DNA of 64,000 nucleotides from an uncultured Candidatus Entotheonella sp. (GTDB lineage Bacteria; Tectomicrobia; Entotheonellia; Entotheonellales; Entotheonellaceae): NCBI GenBank assembly GCA_965217185.1, contig OZ244252.1, positions 1,472,001 to 1,536,000 of the forward strand, read 5' to 3'. Shown piece by piece: positions 1 to 9,480 of this stretch (position 1 is its first letter; each line of letters starts with the position of its first letter). The notes under the pieces were generated by a model. It saw only the letters and a program-made list of their open reading frames with translations, ran no database searches and was not told where the DNA came from. The position numbers and the translations under genes were made by a program.

Positions 1-18
1 CTAAAAAGGATGGCGGGA

Positions 19-54
19 ACGGCTGGTCGTGTCAGATACGGCCAGCCGTTTTTT
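19..54 (+). terminator. Probable rho-independent terminator
   Basis: ACGGCTGGTCGTG/TACGGCCAGCCGT stem (with G-U pairs) followed by a T run; faces the end of the minus-strand ORF at 65. Confidence 0.5.
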
Positions 55-64
55 CTGGCCGGGA

Positions 65-289
65 TCACGGTCTTACAGGCGTGCCTGTGGGGTCACCGGG
101 CTCCGGCAGCCGGTGGATACGCACGTTCAGACCCTCGCGCAGGGTTGGGAAGTGTTCCCGTAAGGCAGCATGGGCCGAGTCATAGCTGCGAAAGCCGTAG
201 GGCGCGCCACTGGCCTTCCGCACCGTGCGCCAGCCTTCCAGGCCATACCCGTGATGCGCCATTACCTGGATGACGTAGACGTCCGCCAT
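65..289 (-). CDS. Small hypothetical protein (74 aa)
   Basis: ATG 15 bp after the esterase stop, GGGGA RBS-like sequence, same strand. Confidence 0.6.
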   Translation of the reverse strand: MADVYVIQVMAHHGYGLEGWRTVRKASGAPYGFRSYDSAHAALREHFPTLREGLNVRIHRLPEPGDPTGTPVRP

Positions 290-304
290 GACGTTCCCCG
301 GCCC

Positions 305-1234
305 CTATTTACTGGCGAAAGCCTTTTTCATGGCCGCGGCCGCTTCAGAGACGGCTTGGCCGGCTTTGTCGACTGCACCGGACATGCCGAAAAAGCCGTG
401 GATCATGCCGTCGTAGCGGGTGCAGGCAGTGGGAACGCCGGCGGCTTCGAGGTTTTTGGCGTAGGCCTCGCCCTCGTCGCGCAGCGGGTCGAATTCCGCG
501 GTGATGACCAGCGCCGGGGGCAGATTCTTGAAGCTCCCGGCCCGTGATGGCACGGCGTAGGGGTGATTCGGGTCGTCGGAAGCGCCCAGATATTGATCCC
601 AATACCACTTCATGCCGTCGCGGGTCAGCAGGTAGCCATCAGCGTTGTCCACGTAGGAAGGCGTCTCGAAATCGAGCGAGGTCATCGGATAGACCAGCAG
701 TTGGAACGCCAAGTCGGGGTGGGCGCGGTCGCGGGCCATCTGTGCCACCACGGCAGCCAGGTTGCCCCCGGCACTGTCGCCGCCAACCGCCATGCGCGAG
801 GCGTCGCCCTGGATGCTGGCGGCGTTGTCCGACGCCCACACCGTGGCTGCGTAGCAATCGTCGCACGCGCCAGGGAACTTCGATTCCGGCGCCAAGCGGT
901 AATCCACCGAGATCGTCACACAGCCGGTTTCGACCGTCAGGTGCCGCGCCGTGGCATCCGCGGTTTCGAGATCGCCTACCACCATGCCGCCGCCGTGGCA
1001 CCAGATCAGAATGGGAAAGGGGCCCGTGCCCGCCGGCGTGTAGATGCGAACCGGCACCTCGGCGTCACGCCAGGAAACGGTGCGGTCTTCCACCTTGGCG
1101 ACCTCCGGCCCATCGATGCGCGGCCGGTTCTTCATGTTCTCGCGCGCCTGCTGCGGGCTCACCATGTGATTCGGGGGCAGACCCAACGCCGCCAGTTGAT
1201 CGAGGACTTGTTGGGCTTGCGGATCCAGTGGCAT
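305..1234 (-). CDS. Alpha/beta hydrolase, hormone-sensitive-lipase family esterase
   Basis: HGGG oxyanion motif, GDSAG nucleophile, DPLRDEG and HGF motifs. Confidence 0.95.
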   Translation of the reverse strand: MPLDPQAQQVLDQLAALGLPPNHMVSPQQARENMKNRPRIDGPEVAKVEDRTVSWRDAEVPVRIYTPAGTGPFPILIWCHGGGMVVGDLETADATARHLTVETGCVTISVDYRLAPESKFPGACDDCYAATVWASDNAASIQGDASRMAVGGDSAGGNLAAVVAQMARDRAHPDLAFQLLVYPMTSLDFETPSYVDNADGYLLTRDGMKWYWDQYLGASDDPNHPYAVPSRAGSFKNLPPALVITAEFDPLRDEGEAYAKNLEAAGVPTACTRYDGMIHGFFGMSGAVDKAGQAVSEAAAAMKKAFASK

Positions 1235-1410
1235 AACTCACCTCTTAACAATGGGTTGACAACGCTCGCTGGCGTTTGGAATGGGTGTGGGTTTTGATAG
1301 CGGCCACTGTAAACCACACCCTGATAGAGGTCAACGTGCGAAGGCAGTGACGGCAATGGGCAGATGTTTAAACAGCAATGCTCTGAAACTGTTCCAAGAA
1401 AGGAAGTCAT

Positions 1411-2442
1411 GTGACACTTGAAAACGGCACGATCACGACGACGGCAGGCATCGGGGACGCCGGATACGACGGCGACGGCGGCCCGGCCGGTTCGGCCCGA
1501 CTCAACGAACCCTTCATGTGCGTCTTCGACCGGCAAGGCAACCTGTACGTAGCGGAGGCGATGAATCACTGCGTGCGCCGCATCGACGGCCGCAGCGGCG
1601 TGATTACCACCGTCGCTGGAACGGGCGAACTCGGCTATGGCGGCGACGGCGGCCCGGCGGCGCAGGCGACCCTGAACCAGCCTTATGCCCTGGACATCGC
1701 GGACAATGGCGACCTGTACATCGTGGACCGCTTGAATGCCGTCATCCGTAAGGTGGATGCGGCCAGCGGCATCATTTCCACCGTTGCCGGAACCGGAAGG
1801 CCGGGATTGAGCGGCGACGGCGGCCCGGCGACGCAGGCAGCCCTGCGGGAACCCAATGATTGCTTCCTCGACCGGCACGGCGGCCTGCTCATCGCCGACG
1901 TACAAGATCATCGCGTCCGCCGGCTGGACCTGGCTACGGGCATCATCACCACCTTCGCGGGCAACGGTGACAAGGCACGCGTCGGTGACGGCCGCCCCGC
2001 CACCGAGGCCAGCATCCTTGGCGCGCGGGCGGTGTGTCAGGATGGCAGCGGCAACACCTACATCTGCGAACGGGAGGGCAACGGGGTGCGCAAGGTGGGT
2101 GCCGACGGCATCATGTCGACCTTCGCGGGAGCCGGCGAGCGCGGCTACAGTGGCGACGGCGGTTCAGCACTGACGGCGACGTGGGGAGCGCCAAAAGCCC
2201 TGCGTTGCGACCTGCAGGGCAACGTTTTGGTGGTGGACACGGAAAACCACGCCATTCGACGCATTGATGCCGTCACGGGCGTTGTCACCACCGTGGCTGG
2301 TGGGCAACATGGCGGGCACGGTGACGGTGGCCCGGCGACGGCGGCAGGACTGGATCGCCCGCACGGCTGCTGCGTCGATGCACAAGGCAATCTTTACATC
2401 GCCGATAGTAACAACCATCGCGTACGGGTTGTGAGGTTTTAG
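1411..2442 (+). CDS. NHL-repeat (beta-propeller) protein
   Basis: Six repeats of ITTVAGTG..GYxGDGGPA..A.L..P....D..GNLYIAD..NH.VR. Confidence 0.92.
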   Translation: MTLENGTITTTAGIGDAGYDGDGGPAGSARLNEPFMCVFDRQGNLYVAEAMNHCVRRIDGRSGVITTVAGTGELGYGGDGGPAAQATLNQPYALDIADNGDLYIVDRLNAVIRKVDAASGIISTVAGTGRPGLSGDGGPATQAALREPNDCFLDRHGGLLIADVQDHRVRRLDLATGIITTFAGNGDKARVGDGRPATEASILGARAVCQDGSGNTYICEREGNGVRKVGADGIMSTFAGAGERGYSGDGGSALTATWGAPKALRCDLQGNVLVVDTENHAIRRIDAVTGVVTTVAGGQHGGHGDGGPATAAGLDRPHGCCVDAQGNLYIADSNNHRVRVVRF

Positions 2443-2453
2443 TGGCTGCGAGA

Positions 2454-3596
2454 TCAGTCGGACGGTAGTTCGTCGAGGCGGCGCAGGACACGGCTCTCAC
2501 GCAGCCGGTCGCCGGCGCCGCTGACGCCGCCGGTGGGCTGGAAAAATTGGGATTGCCGGGCCTCGGCGAGGTGATAAGCCAGGAGTTCTCCGGCCAAGCA
2601 ATAAACCAGCGGCGCAAACAGTTCCGGCACCGGTTGCGGTACCGGCAGGAAGGTATCCACGGCAACGGGGAGGGACGCGGGGTCGCCATGCGCGATCACA
2701 AGTGTGCGGCGTCCGACTGCCTTGACGTGGGGAAGTAATTCCAGGGCCCGGTCGAGGCTGCGGCCCGGCGGTACAATCAGGCAGGTCGGCGTGGCCTCCC
2801 GGCTGTCGAAGAATTGGATGTGCCCCCACTCCTCGATGTCCTGCCCCCAGGCATTGGTCCCGCAGCTTTCCACCAGCTTGGCGGCGCTGAACAGCGCCGT
2901 CGCATAGTTCGGTCCGGAACCCAGGAATACCCAGTCCTCATGCTCGCTGAACCGTTCAGCCGCCTCACGTGCCGGGGCGTCAACGGCCTCGATCGTTGCC
3001 GCCATGCAATCAGCAACCTCGACCAATCGCTGCCGCCAGCGGTCGGCCTCGGCGGCGGATAGCACCTGCCGCAGCTCGCCGACCCGTATCGCACACAGCA
3101 GCAAGCTGACGAGCTGAACCGTGTAGGAGCGGATGCCCGGTGCCCGTCCCATCGGCGCAATGGGAACGGTAACAGTTGCCGCCGCTTCCCGCGCGATGCC
3201 GCTTTCCACATTTCCCGTCACCGCCACGGTGTCCAGGCCAGCCGCCCGCGCCAGGGCGACCGCCTCAATTGATCGCGCGACCTGTCCGGAATTGGAAATG
3301 CCGAACAATCCGGCCGATGTCGGTGCCTGATCCGCCTCGTAACGCGCGAACGGCATCGCCGCGAGCGCTTTAACCGGCAGGCGGCAAAAACGCGCGAAGG
3401 CCATCTCGCAGGCCAGCCCGGCGTAGAACGAATCGCCGCAGCCGGCCGTGTAAATGGCCTGCCAATGCTGCGGCTTCACGTCGCACAGGGCGTCAGCCAC
3501 TTTCTGCGCCGCTGGCTCGACAATATCGCGCAGCAAGGCCGGCTGGCTCATGATCTGATCCCGCATCACGGTGCGAGGGGAGGATTCGGCAGCCAT
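2454..3596 (-). CDS. Double SIS-domain sugar-phosphate isomerase/deglycase (GlmS C-terminal/FrlB-like)
   Basis: GCGDS, ISNSG, FLGSGPNYATA and EEWGH motifs. Confidence 0.88.
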   Translation of the reverse strand: MAAESSPRTVMRDQIMSQPALLRDIVEPAAQKVADALCDVKPQHWQAIYTAGCGDSFYAGLACEMAFARFCRLPVKALAAMPFARYEADQAPTSAGLFGISNSGQVARSIEAVALARAAGLDTVAVTGNVESGIAREAAATVTVPIAPMGRAPGIRSYTVQLVSLLLCAIRVGELRQVLSAAEADRWRQRLVEVADCMAATIEAVDAPAREAAERFSEHEDWVFLGSGPNYATALFSAAKLVESCGTNAWGQDIEEWGHIQFFDSREATPTCLIVPPGRSLDRALELLPHVKAVGRRTLVIAHGDPASLPVAVDTFLPVPQPVPELFAPLVYCLAGELLAYHLAEARQSQFFQPTGGVSGAGDRLRESRVLRRLDELPSD

Positions 3597-3622
3597 CGAG
3601 GGTCTCCGGGAATGCGCAGGGT

Positions 3623-4768
3623 CTACGTGTGATTGAGCTTCGGGATGACGTGCTTGCCGAACATCTCGATGGAGGACATGACCTTGTCGTGCGGAACGGT
3701 CTCGGTGGCCATGAGGAACTGTAGCTGGTCAACGCCGGTGGCGCGGTGCAGCTCGATGGCCTTGAGGCAGCTTTCCGGGTCGCCGGAGACGGTGACGGCG
3801 CGGTCGGCCAGGGTGTCGGCGTCGAATTGGTTCCAGATGGCGTTGGCGATCTGCGCTGAGCCGCCGGACAAGTCCACGCCGGTGTCTTCGCCGTCTTCCT
3901 TCTTGATGTAGCGAGCGAAATTGGCTTCCAGGTGCTCAGGCACGCCGCCCCACGACTCGATGAGGCGCTCGTACACGCCTACCTGATCTTTCAGGTAGGG
4001 ACGGTCGGGGCCGAAGAAGGTCTTGAGCGATTGCGCTGCAAGTTCCCGTGCCGCCTGATTGTCCTCACCGCAAAACGCCATTGTGGCGCTGAGCCACTGG
4101 TCGTTGACGGCGCGCCCGACCGGCTTGGCATGTTGGACATTTTTCTTGAATTCCTTGACGTGCTCGGCCAGGGTCGCGGGGGCGGCAACGCTCAACGCCA
4201 TCACGCCAATCCCCTTCTCGGCCGCCAGCCGGTAGGTCGTAGGTTGCAGGGCCGCCACCCAGATCGGCGGGTGCGGCTGCTGGTACGGCTTGGGACGCAC
4301 GTCGCGCGGCGGCACGTTCCAGAAACGGCCTTCCCACTCGAACAGCCCGTCCTCCCAGATCTTGGGAATCATGGACAGCGATTCTTCCCACATATCTCGG
4401 GTGTTGCGTGGGTCGATACCCATGCCCGTCTGCTCGTACGGCGCCGAGCGCCCGGTGCCGAAATCGACCCGGCCGCCGGACATGTGGTCGATCATGGCAA
4501 CCCGCTCAGCCACCCGCACCGGGTGATGGTACGGCAGAATGACGACGCCGAATCCGAGCCGGATGCGCTTGGTCAGACGGCTCAACGCCCCGAAAATAGC
4601 CTCGGGACACGGTGACATCGAAAAGCCGGTGAGAAAGTGGTGTTCCACGAACCAGATGGTGTCGAAACCCATTTTGTCGGCCAGAACGCATTGCTCAATC
4701 GTTTCTTCGATCACTGCGTGGTCGTCAACGACCGGCCGCTGCATTTCGTATGCCAAGCTCAATTTCAT
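3623..4768 (-). CDS. LLM-class flavin-dependent oxidoreductase (luciferase-like)
   Basis: GFDTIWFVEHHF, HPVRVAERVAMIDHMSGGRVDFGTGR, PKPYQQPHPPIW; start set at MKLSL. Confidence 0.93.
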   Translation of the reverse strand: MKLSLAYEMQRPVVDDHAVIEETIEQCVLADKMGFDTIWFVEHHFLTGFSMSPCPEAIFGALSRLTKRIRLGFGVVILPYHHPVRVAERVAMIDHMSGGRVDFGTGRSAPYEQTGMGIDPRNTRDMWEESLSMIPKIWEDGLFEWEGRFWNVPPRDVRPKPYQQPHPPIWVAALQPTTYRLAAEKGIGVMALSVAAPATLAEHVKEFKKNVQHAKPVGRAVNDQWLSATMAFCGEDNQAARELAAQSLKTFFGPDRPYLKDQVGVYERLIESWGGVPEHLEANFARYIKKEDGEDTGVDLSGGSAQIANAIWNQFDADTLADRAVTVSGDPESCLKAIELHRATGVDQLQFLMATETVPHDKVMSSIEMFGKHVIPKLNHT

Positions 4769-4797
4769 AATCGCATTCCCCTCAGAGAAACGTCGCC

Positions 4798-5193
4798 TCA
4801 AGAAAAAAGGAACCAATCCTCGGAAACCGTATTAACGGCGAAATCTGCAAGGTCCGGCAGGGGATTCTCGTCAGCCGCCAATGCCTGCAAGGAAGTTTCC
4901 AGGGCTCCAGCCAAAAGCCCAATGGGCTGAATCGGTGCTTCGCCAATACCGCCGAGTTGACCGCATTTTTGCAGCGCCTTGTGCCATTGACCCCGGCAGC
5001 CTCGCCGATTGCCGTTGGTGTAGTGGTAAGCGCCAACCGCCAATTGGATCATCGCCTGCCAGAACAGGCGCTGGCGGCCCCGAAGCCCTTGCCAGACCTC
5101 CTCCCACGAATCGTGTGCGGCAAAGTAGTCGGCATTGCGAAAGTGCGCCAAGCCGTTGCGGAGAGAGGCTATTTCATCGACCTGCAAGGACAT
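4798..5193 (-). CDS. DUF309-like protein
   Basis: F..ADYFAAHDSWEEVW...QAMIQLAVGAYH..GN.RG pattern; start set at MSLQ. Confidence 0.8.
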   Translation of the reverse strand: MSLQVDEIASLRNGLAHFRNADYFAAHDSWEEVWQGLRGRQRLFWQAMIQLAVGAYHYTNGNRRGCRGQWHKALQKCGQLGGIGEAPIQPIGLLAGALETSLQALAADENPLPDLADFAVNTVSEDWFLFS

Positions 5194-5360
5194 CGACGGG
5201 CCGTCAGAGGAGTGAAGGTTGACGAGTGAAAGCGGGCACAGGATAGCACGCGCCGACCGGCACGGGCAACGGCTTCGGCGAAGCGCCGCACGACGGTTGG
5301 CTGTGGTAGTATGGTTGCCCTTCTCGACAGTCAAGATGCCCTGATGAAAGGAATCTCCGC

Positions 5361-6011
5361 ATGTCCGAGCCGCGCGTCGCGCCGTACGTCTGGGTAACCT
5401 GGATTTCCAAGTTGCTCGCCGGTGACGCTCACTGCGCCTGGGCCGCCTGGTTTCGGGCGCATCATACCTATGACCGGCTGCCGAGCGATTTCGACGCCGC
5501 CAAGTGGGCCAGTGAGCACACCGCCATGGTACGCGAGCAGGCCGAAGCCCTGCGACAGGCATCGTTTTCGGTGTCGCTGGAGGACCAGAACGCTTTTCGG
5601 CTGCAGGGGCAACTGGGCGTCACCCTTGGCGGCAAGCCGGACATCGTGGCTTGGAGAGACGGCGAGGTGCGGGTCGTCGAGTGCAAAACCGGCCAGCCGC
5701 GCCACACCGACACGATTCAGGTGATGATCTACATGCTCGTCCTGCCACACGCCCAGCCCGTTTGGCGAGGGCGGGCGGTGAACGGCTGCGTGCACTATCA
5801 GACCGGCCCCGTGAACGTTCCCACCGAGGCGCTCGACAGCGGCTTCAGAGCGCGTTTCCGGAAAATGATGGCGCAAGTGGGCGACAGCGCGGCGTTGGAG
5901 CGCGTGCCTAGCTTCAACGAGTGCCGCTTCTGCGACATCGGCCGGCTCGATTGCCCCGAACGTATTGAGACCCAGCCGGACGACGGCGCCGCCGATCACG
6001 ATCTGTTCTGA
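5361..6011 (+). CDS. PD-(D/E)XK nuclease, Cas4/AddB-like (solo)
   Basis: GKPDIV, ECKTG, Q..IY motifs; one N-terminal Cys plus C-terminal CxxC-x6-C. Confidence 0.8.
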   Translation: MSEPRVAPYVWVTWISKLLAGDAHCAWAAWFRAHHTYDRLPSDFDAAKWASEHTAMVREQAEALRQASFSVSLEDQNAFRLQGQLGVTLGGKPDIVAWRDGEVRVVECKTGQPRHTDTIQVMIYMLVLPHAQPVWRGRAVNGCVHYQTGPVNVPTEALDSGFRARFRKMMAQVGDSAALERVPSFNECRFCDIGRLDCPERIETQPDDGAADHDLF

Positions 6012-6019
6012 CCCAGCCG

Positions 6020-7021
6020 TCAGGGGCGCGGCTCTACCAGTAGACGGCCGGTGATCTTGCCTTGCAGAATGTCGTCGATGGCCTGGGGAAGTTCAGAGAG
6101 GGTGATGACGCGGGCGAGCTGCTGCAGATGACGGGGTTTCAGGTCCGTTGCCAGCCGCTTCCAGATCGTCTGGCGGTATAACATGGGGCAAGCCACGGAA
6201 TCGATGCCGAGCAGGTTGACGCCGCGCAGCAGGAACGGGATGACGCTGCCGGCAAAGTCGTGCCCGGCGACGAGGCCGCAGAGTGCGATGTTGCCGCCGT
6301 GCTGGGTGGTGCGGATCAAACCGCTGAGCGTCGAGCCGCCTACCGTGTCCACCGCGCCCGCCCAGGTGCTCTTGAGCAAGGGGCGCGGCTTCGGGTCGGT
6401 CAGGCTCACGTCATCGCGGCTGAGGATCTGGCTGGCGCCGAGTTCCTGCAGCAGGTCGTGCTGCTCGGGCTTGCCGGTGCTGGCAGCCACGGTGTATCCC
6501 TGCTGGGCCAGGATGTCCACGGCGATGCTCCCTACCCCGCCGGTGGCGCCGGTGACCAGAATCGGGCCCCGGTCCGGCGTCGTACCGTTGCGCTCCATGG
6601 CCAGCAGGCACATGGCCGCCGTAAACCCGGCGGTGCCGAGCGCCATGGCCTCGAAATCGCTCAAGGTGTCGGGCATTTTGACCACCCAGGCGGCCGGTGC
6701 GCGCGCGTATTCGGCGTACCCGCCAAAGGACCCGACGCCGAAGTCGTAGCCGGTAACGACTACCCGATCCCCTACCCCGACGTCCGCCGACTCGCTGGCG
6801 ACAACTGTTCCGGCGGCATCGACGCCGGGCACGTGCGGATATTGCCGCACGACGCCGCCCCGTCCGGTGGCGGCCAGCCCGTCTTTGTAGTTCAGGGACG
6901 AATACGCCACTTTGATCGTGACCTCACCCGTCGGGAGGTCCTCAGGCGACAGGGAATCGATGCGTCCCTCAACTCGGTCGTCCTGCTTGTCAACCACGTA
7001 TGCCGTGAAACGGTCCTTCAA
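6020..7021 (-). CDS. YhdH/AcuI-family NADPH-dependent (acryloyl-CoA) reductase, MDR superfamily
   Basis: YSSLNYKDG, GTAGFTA, VTGATGGVGS, PFLLRGVNLLGIDSV; TTG start after GGAGG. Confidence 0.92.
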   Translation of the reverse strand: MKDRFTAYVVDKQDDRVEGRIDSLSPEDLPTGEVTIKVAYSSLNYKDGLAATGRGGVVRQYPHVPGVDAAGTVVASESADVGVGDRVVVTGYDFGVGSFGGYAEYARAPAAWVVKMPDTLSDFEAMALGTAGFTAAMCLLAMERNGTTPDRGPILVTGATGGVGSIAVDILAQQGYTVAASTGKPEQHDLLQELGASQILSRDDVSLTDPKPRPLLKSTWAGAVDTVGGSTLSGLIRTTQHGGNIALCGLVAGHDFAGSVIPFLLRGVNLLGIDSVACPMLYRQTIWKRLATDLKPRHLQQLARVITLSELPQAIDDILQGKITGRLLVEPRP

Positions 7022-7215
7022 GATTTCGCCTCCCTGGGATGGTGTCGGCCTGCCTTTGGGTCGGTAGGGTGTATGCAAACGGCGCAGGGTTTTAGCACCC
7101 GCACCCTATGGTGTCAAGGTTGGGACACGCCTGAACAAACGGGGGTTGACGCCGGGCTCGTGATGGAATCCCTACCTCAAGGAAAGTCCGAATCAATCGT
7201 CACAGGAGGAGCCCG

Positions 7216-7617
7216 ATGGAACCCCGGATATCCTTGATCACCCTCGGCGTGGCGGATCTGCAACGGTCCATTGCCTTCTATCGGGATGGTCTCAAGCTGC
7301 GTAAACGTGACGAAGACTCGGAAAACATCGCCTTCTTCGAAACCTCGGGCACCTGGCTGTCGCTGTATCCGCGCGAGGCACTCGCCGAAGATGCGGGAAT
7401 CGCATCCGAGGGCACCGGTTCCCGAGATTTCACGCTGGCCCACAACGTGCGCTCGCCGGAAGAGGTGGAGCGGATTCTGGAGGAGGCGTTAGCCGCTGGC
7501 GCCACCCTCGTCAAACCCGGGCAGCCGGTATTTTGGGGTGGTTATTCCGGATACTTCGCCGACCCGGACGGCTTCCTGTGGGAGGTGGCCTGGAACCCCC
7601 ATTTCTGGGTGGAATAA
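7216..7617 (+). CDS. VOC/glyoxalase family protein
   Basis: ITLGVADL..SIAFY..LG, FWGGYSGYFADPDGFLWEVAWNP. Confidence 0.93.
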   Translation: MEPRISLITLGVADLQRSIAFYRDGLKLRKRDEDSENIAFFETSGTWLSLYPREALAEDAGIASEGTGSRDFTLAHNVRSPEEVERILEEALAAGATLVKPGQPVFWGGYSGYFADPDGFLWEVAWNPHFWVE

Positions 7618-7629
7618 TCGCGCTACTGC

Positions 7630-9420
7630 CTACAGCAGACGCAACTCCTCAGGCCAGCTGTCGTCTTCGGCCGGGGCGGGGCGAGCGGCAGCATCGGCCA
7701 AGTCCTGCATGCGCTCCAGGGCGGTTTGCAGGTCCTCAAACAGGGTGTCCGGCAATCCTGCCGCCGCGAACACGGCCGCATCGAGCCGGCCGCGCTCCGA
7801 GCCGTTGGTATGCAGAAATTGGTTATAGGCTCTGTCGATCTGCTGCAGCGCTCGTGGGGTCAGCCGTCGCACGTCAACGACCGGCACTTCTCCGACGCTG
7901 CCGGGGCTGAGGCTGTAAACACCGCCGCCGTATACGTGGGCGTTCACGCGCAGGGCCATCTCGGCGATACTGGTATTCAGCACCGCCAGCAGCACCTGTG
8001 GCGCAACACCCGTCTGCGGCGTGATCTCGATGAAGTTTTCACCCGCTACCCACCCGGCCTGATTCCATACCACCCGCAGGCGCCGATGCATCCGGCGCGG
8101 CAGCAAAATCGGCGCCGTACCGCGGCGTGTAAGATGATCCAACAAGTTATACCAAGGGGTGCGGCCCGTTTTGGCCACACGCGGCAGGTTTTGCACCCCG
8201 ATGACCGGCTGCGCCTGACCGCGCGGCGTCAACACCTGGTTTTCCCAGTATTCGACGTAACGCAACGCCCGTGTCCCGGTCAGGCGTTCCTTGGTCGCGT
8301 TGCACGCCAGTACGTAATGCCGCGCCGACAGGTCGGAACTAAGGCATGCCGTGTCAAAGTCCTTGGGAGACAGTAGCAAGGGCATGAGCCAGCGACGTTC
8401 GAGTTGCCAACGTTTTTGGGTAGCGAGCGGCACGACGTAGAACATCTTGGCAAACGTTTGCAGGCCGAGACGCACCCGGGCCAGGGTGCCCAAGGGCGTC
8501 AGGCCGGGATGTTCCCGTAACGTCTTGTACACCCTTGGGGCGTAGAGGAACGGGGTCCACTTAACTTCGGGGTTCAACTCGTCCGAGGACAGAATTGTGC
8601 CCTCAGCCTGCGGGGAGGTGCCGTCCAGCAACTTGCAGGGATCGTATGGCAGGTTGTCAGGGGGCCTGCCGCTGAGGGAAACGAAAGCAATGTGCTGATG
8701 TTTCGGAGTTTCTGGCCCGGCACGCTTTTCGGCTAACAGGACCACAGGCCGAACCCGCACCTGCCGGAAAATCCGCGCCTGAAACCCGAGGACGCCCCGC
8801 ACCACGAACGTCCGCAACAGGTATTCCTTGAAGGCGGTGCCGTACCGCATGTCCAGCCAACTGTCGGAGAGAATGAGGGCCAGGCGCCCACCCGCCTTCA
8901 GGAACCGCGCGCCGTGTATGACGAAATAGCATTGCGGATCGGTCAGGCGCGACAACTTGCCGGCCTCCGGCAACTCTTCCGCGGCGGCTCGCAGGGCCTC
9001 CACGTCTCGTTGCTGCCAATTGCGCCCACTGGGCGGATTGCCAACCATCGCATCCGTGGAAGGAAAAGTGGCGGTGAAAAAGCTGCCGGTGCGAATACCG
9101 GGCAGGTGGGTTGGCAGGCCGTGAGCACTGAACGCCTGCCGAAGCATCGGTGCGGCGTCTGGACGGGAATCAATGCCGTGAAGCTGATCCGTGAGCCGCT
9201 CGGCCGAGGCGCCGAGTGTTTGCAGACACTTGGCGCTTTCCAGCAGGAAGGTTCCGTCGCCGAAGCCCGCGTCAAGAACGTGATCGTCCGCCGAACGCAA
9301 CGCCCAGCGCGCCAGGAGCCCTGCAATGGCGGGCGGTGTGCGAACGAAGGCTGGCGATTTCTGGGCGTTGCTCATTCCGGCAGGGACCCCCGGATGTGGG
9401 GAACGGCTTTCGAATACCAC
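7630..9420 (-). CDS. Eco57I/TaqI-like N6-adenine DNA methyltransferase homolog with degenerate catalytic motif
   Basis: LDAGFGDGTFL (motif I-like), GNPPS where NPPY is expected, LKAGGRLALI, TaqI_C-like C-terminus; start may be at MSNAQ. Confidence 0.78.
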   Translation of the reverse strand: MVFESRSPHPGVPAGMSNAQKSPAFVRTPPAIAGLLARWALRSADDHVLDAGFGDGTFLLESAKCLQTLGASAERLTDQLHGIDSRPDAAPMLRQAFSAHGLPTHLPGIRTGSFFTATFPSTDAMVGNPPSGRNWQQRDVEALRAAAEELPEAGKLSRLTDPQCYFVIHGARFLKAGGRLALILSDSWLDMRYGTAFKEYLLRTFVVRGVLGFQARIFRQVRVRPVVLLAEKRAGPETPKHQHIAFVSLSGRPPDNLPYDPCKLLDGTSPQAEGTILSSDELNPEVKWTPFLYAPRVYKTLREHPGLTPLGTLARVRLGLQTFAKMFYVVPLATQKRWQLERRWLMPLLLSPKDFDTACLSSDLSARHYVLACNATKERLTGTRALRYVEYWENQVLTPRGQAQPVIGVQNLPRVAKTGRTPWYNLLDHLTRRGTAPILLPRRMHRRLRVVWNQAGWVAGENFIEITPQTGVAPQVLLAVLNTSIAEMALRVNAHVYGGGVYSLSPGSVGEVPVVDVRRLTPRALQQIDRAYNQFLHTNGSERGRLDAAVFAAAGLPDTLFEDLQTALERMQDLADAAARPAPAEDDSWPEELRLL

Positions 9421-9480
9421 TCAGGCGGCAGGAACGGCGGTTTACAAGAACGCCGGGGAGCGCGGACGAGTCGGCCGTTT

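Noticed and set aside
5361..6011. CRISPR-Cas locus
   Set aside because: No repeat-spacer array or other cas genes recognised in the window
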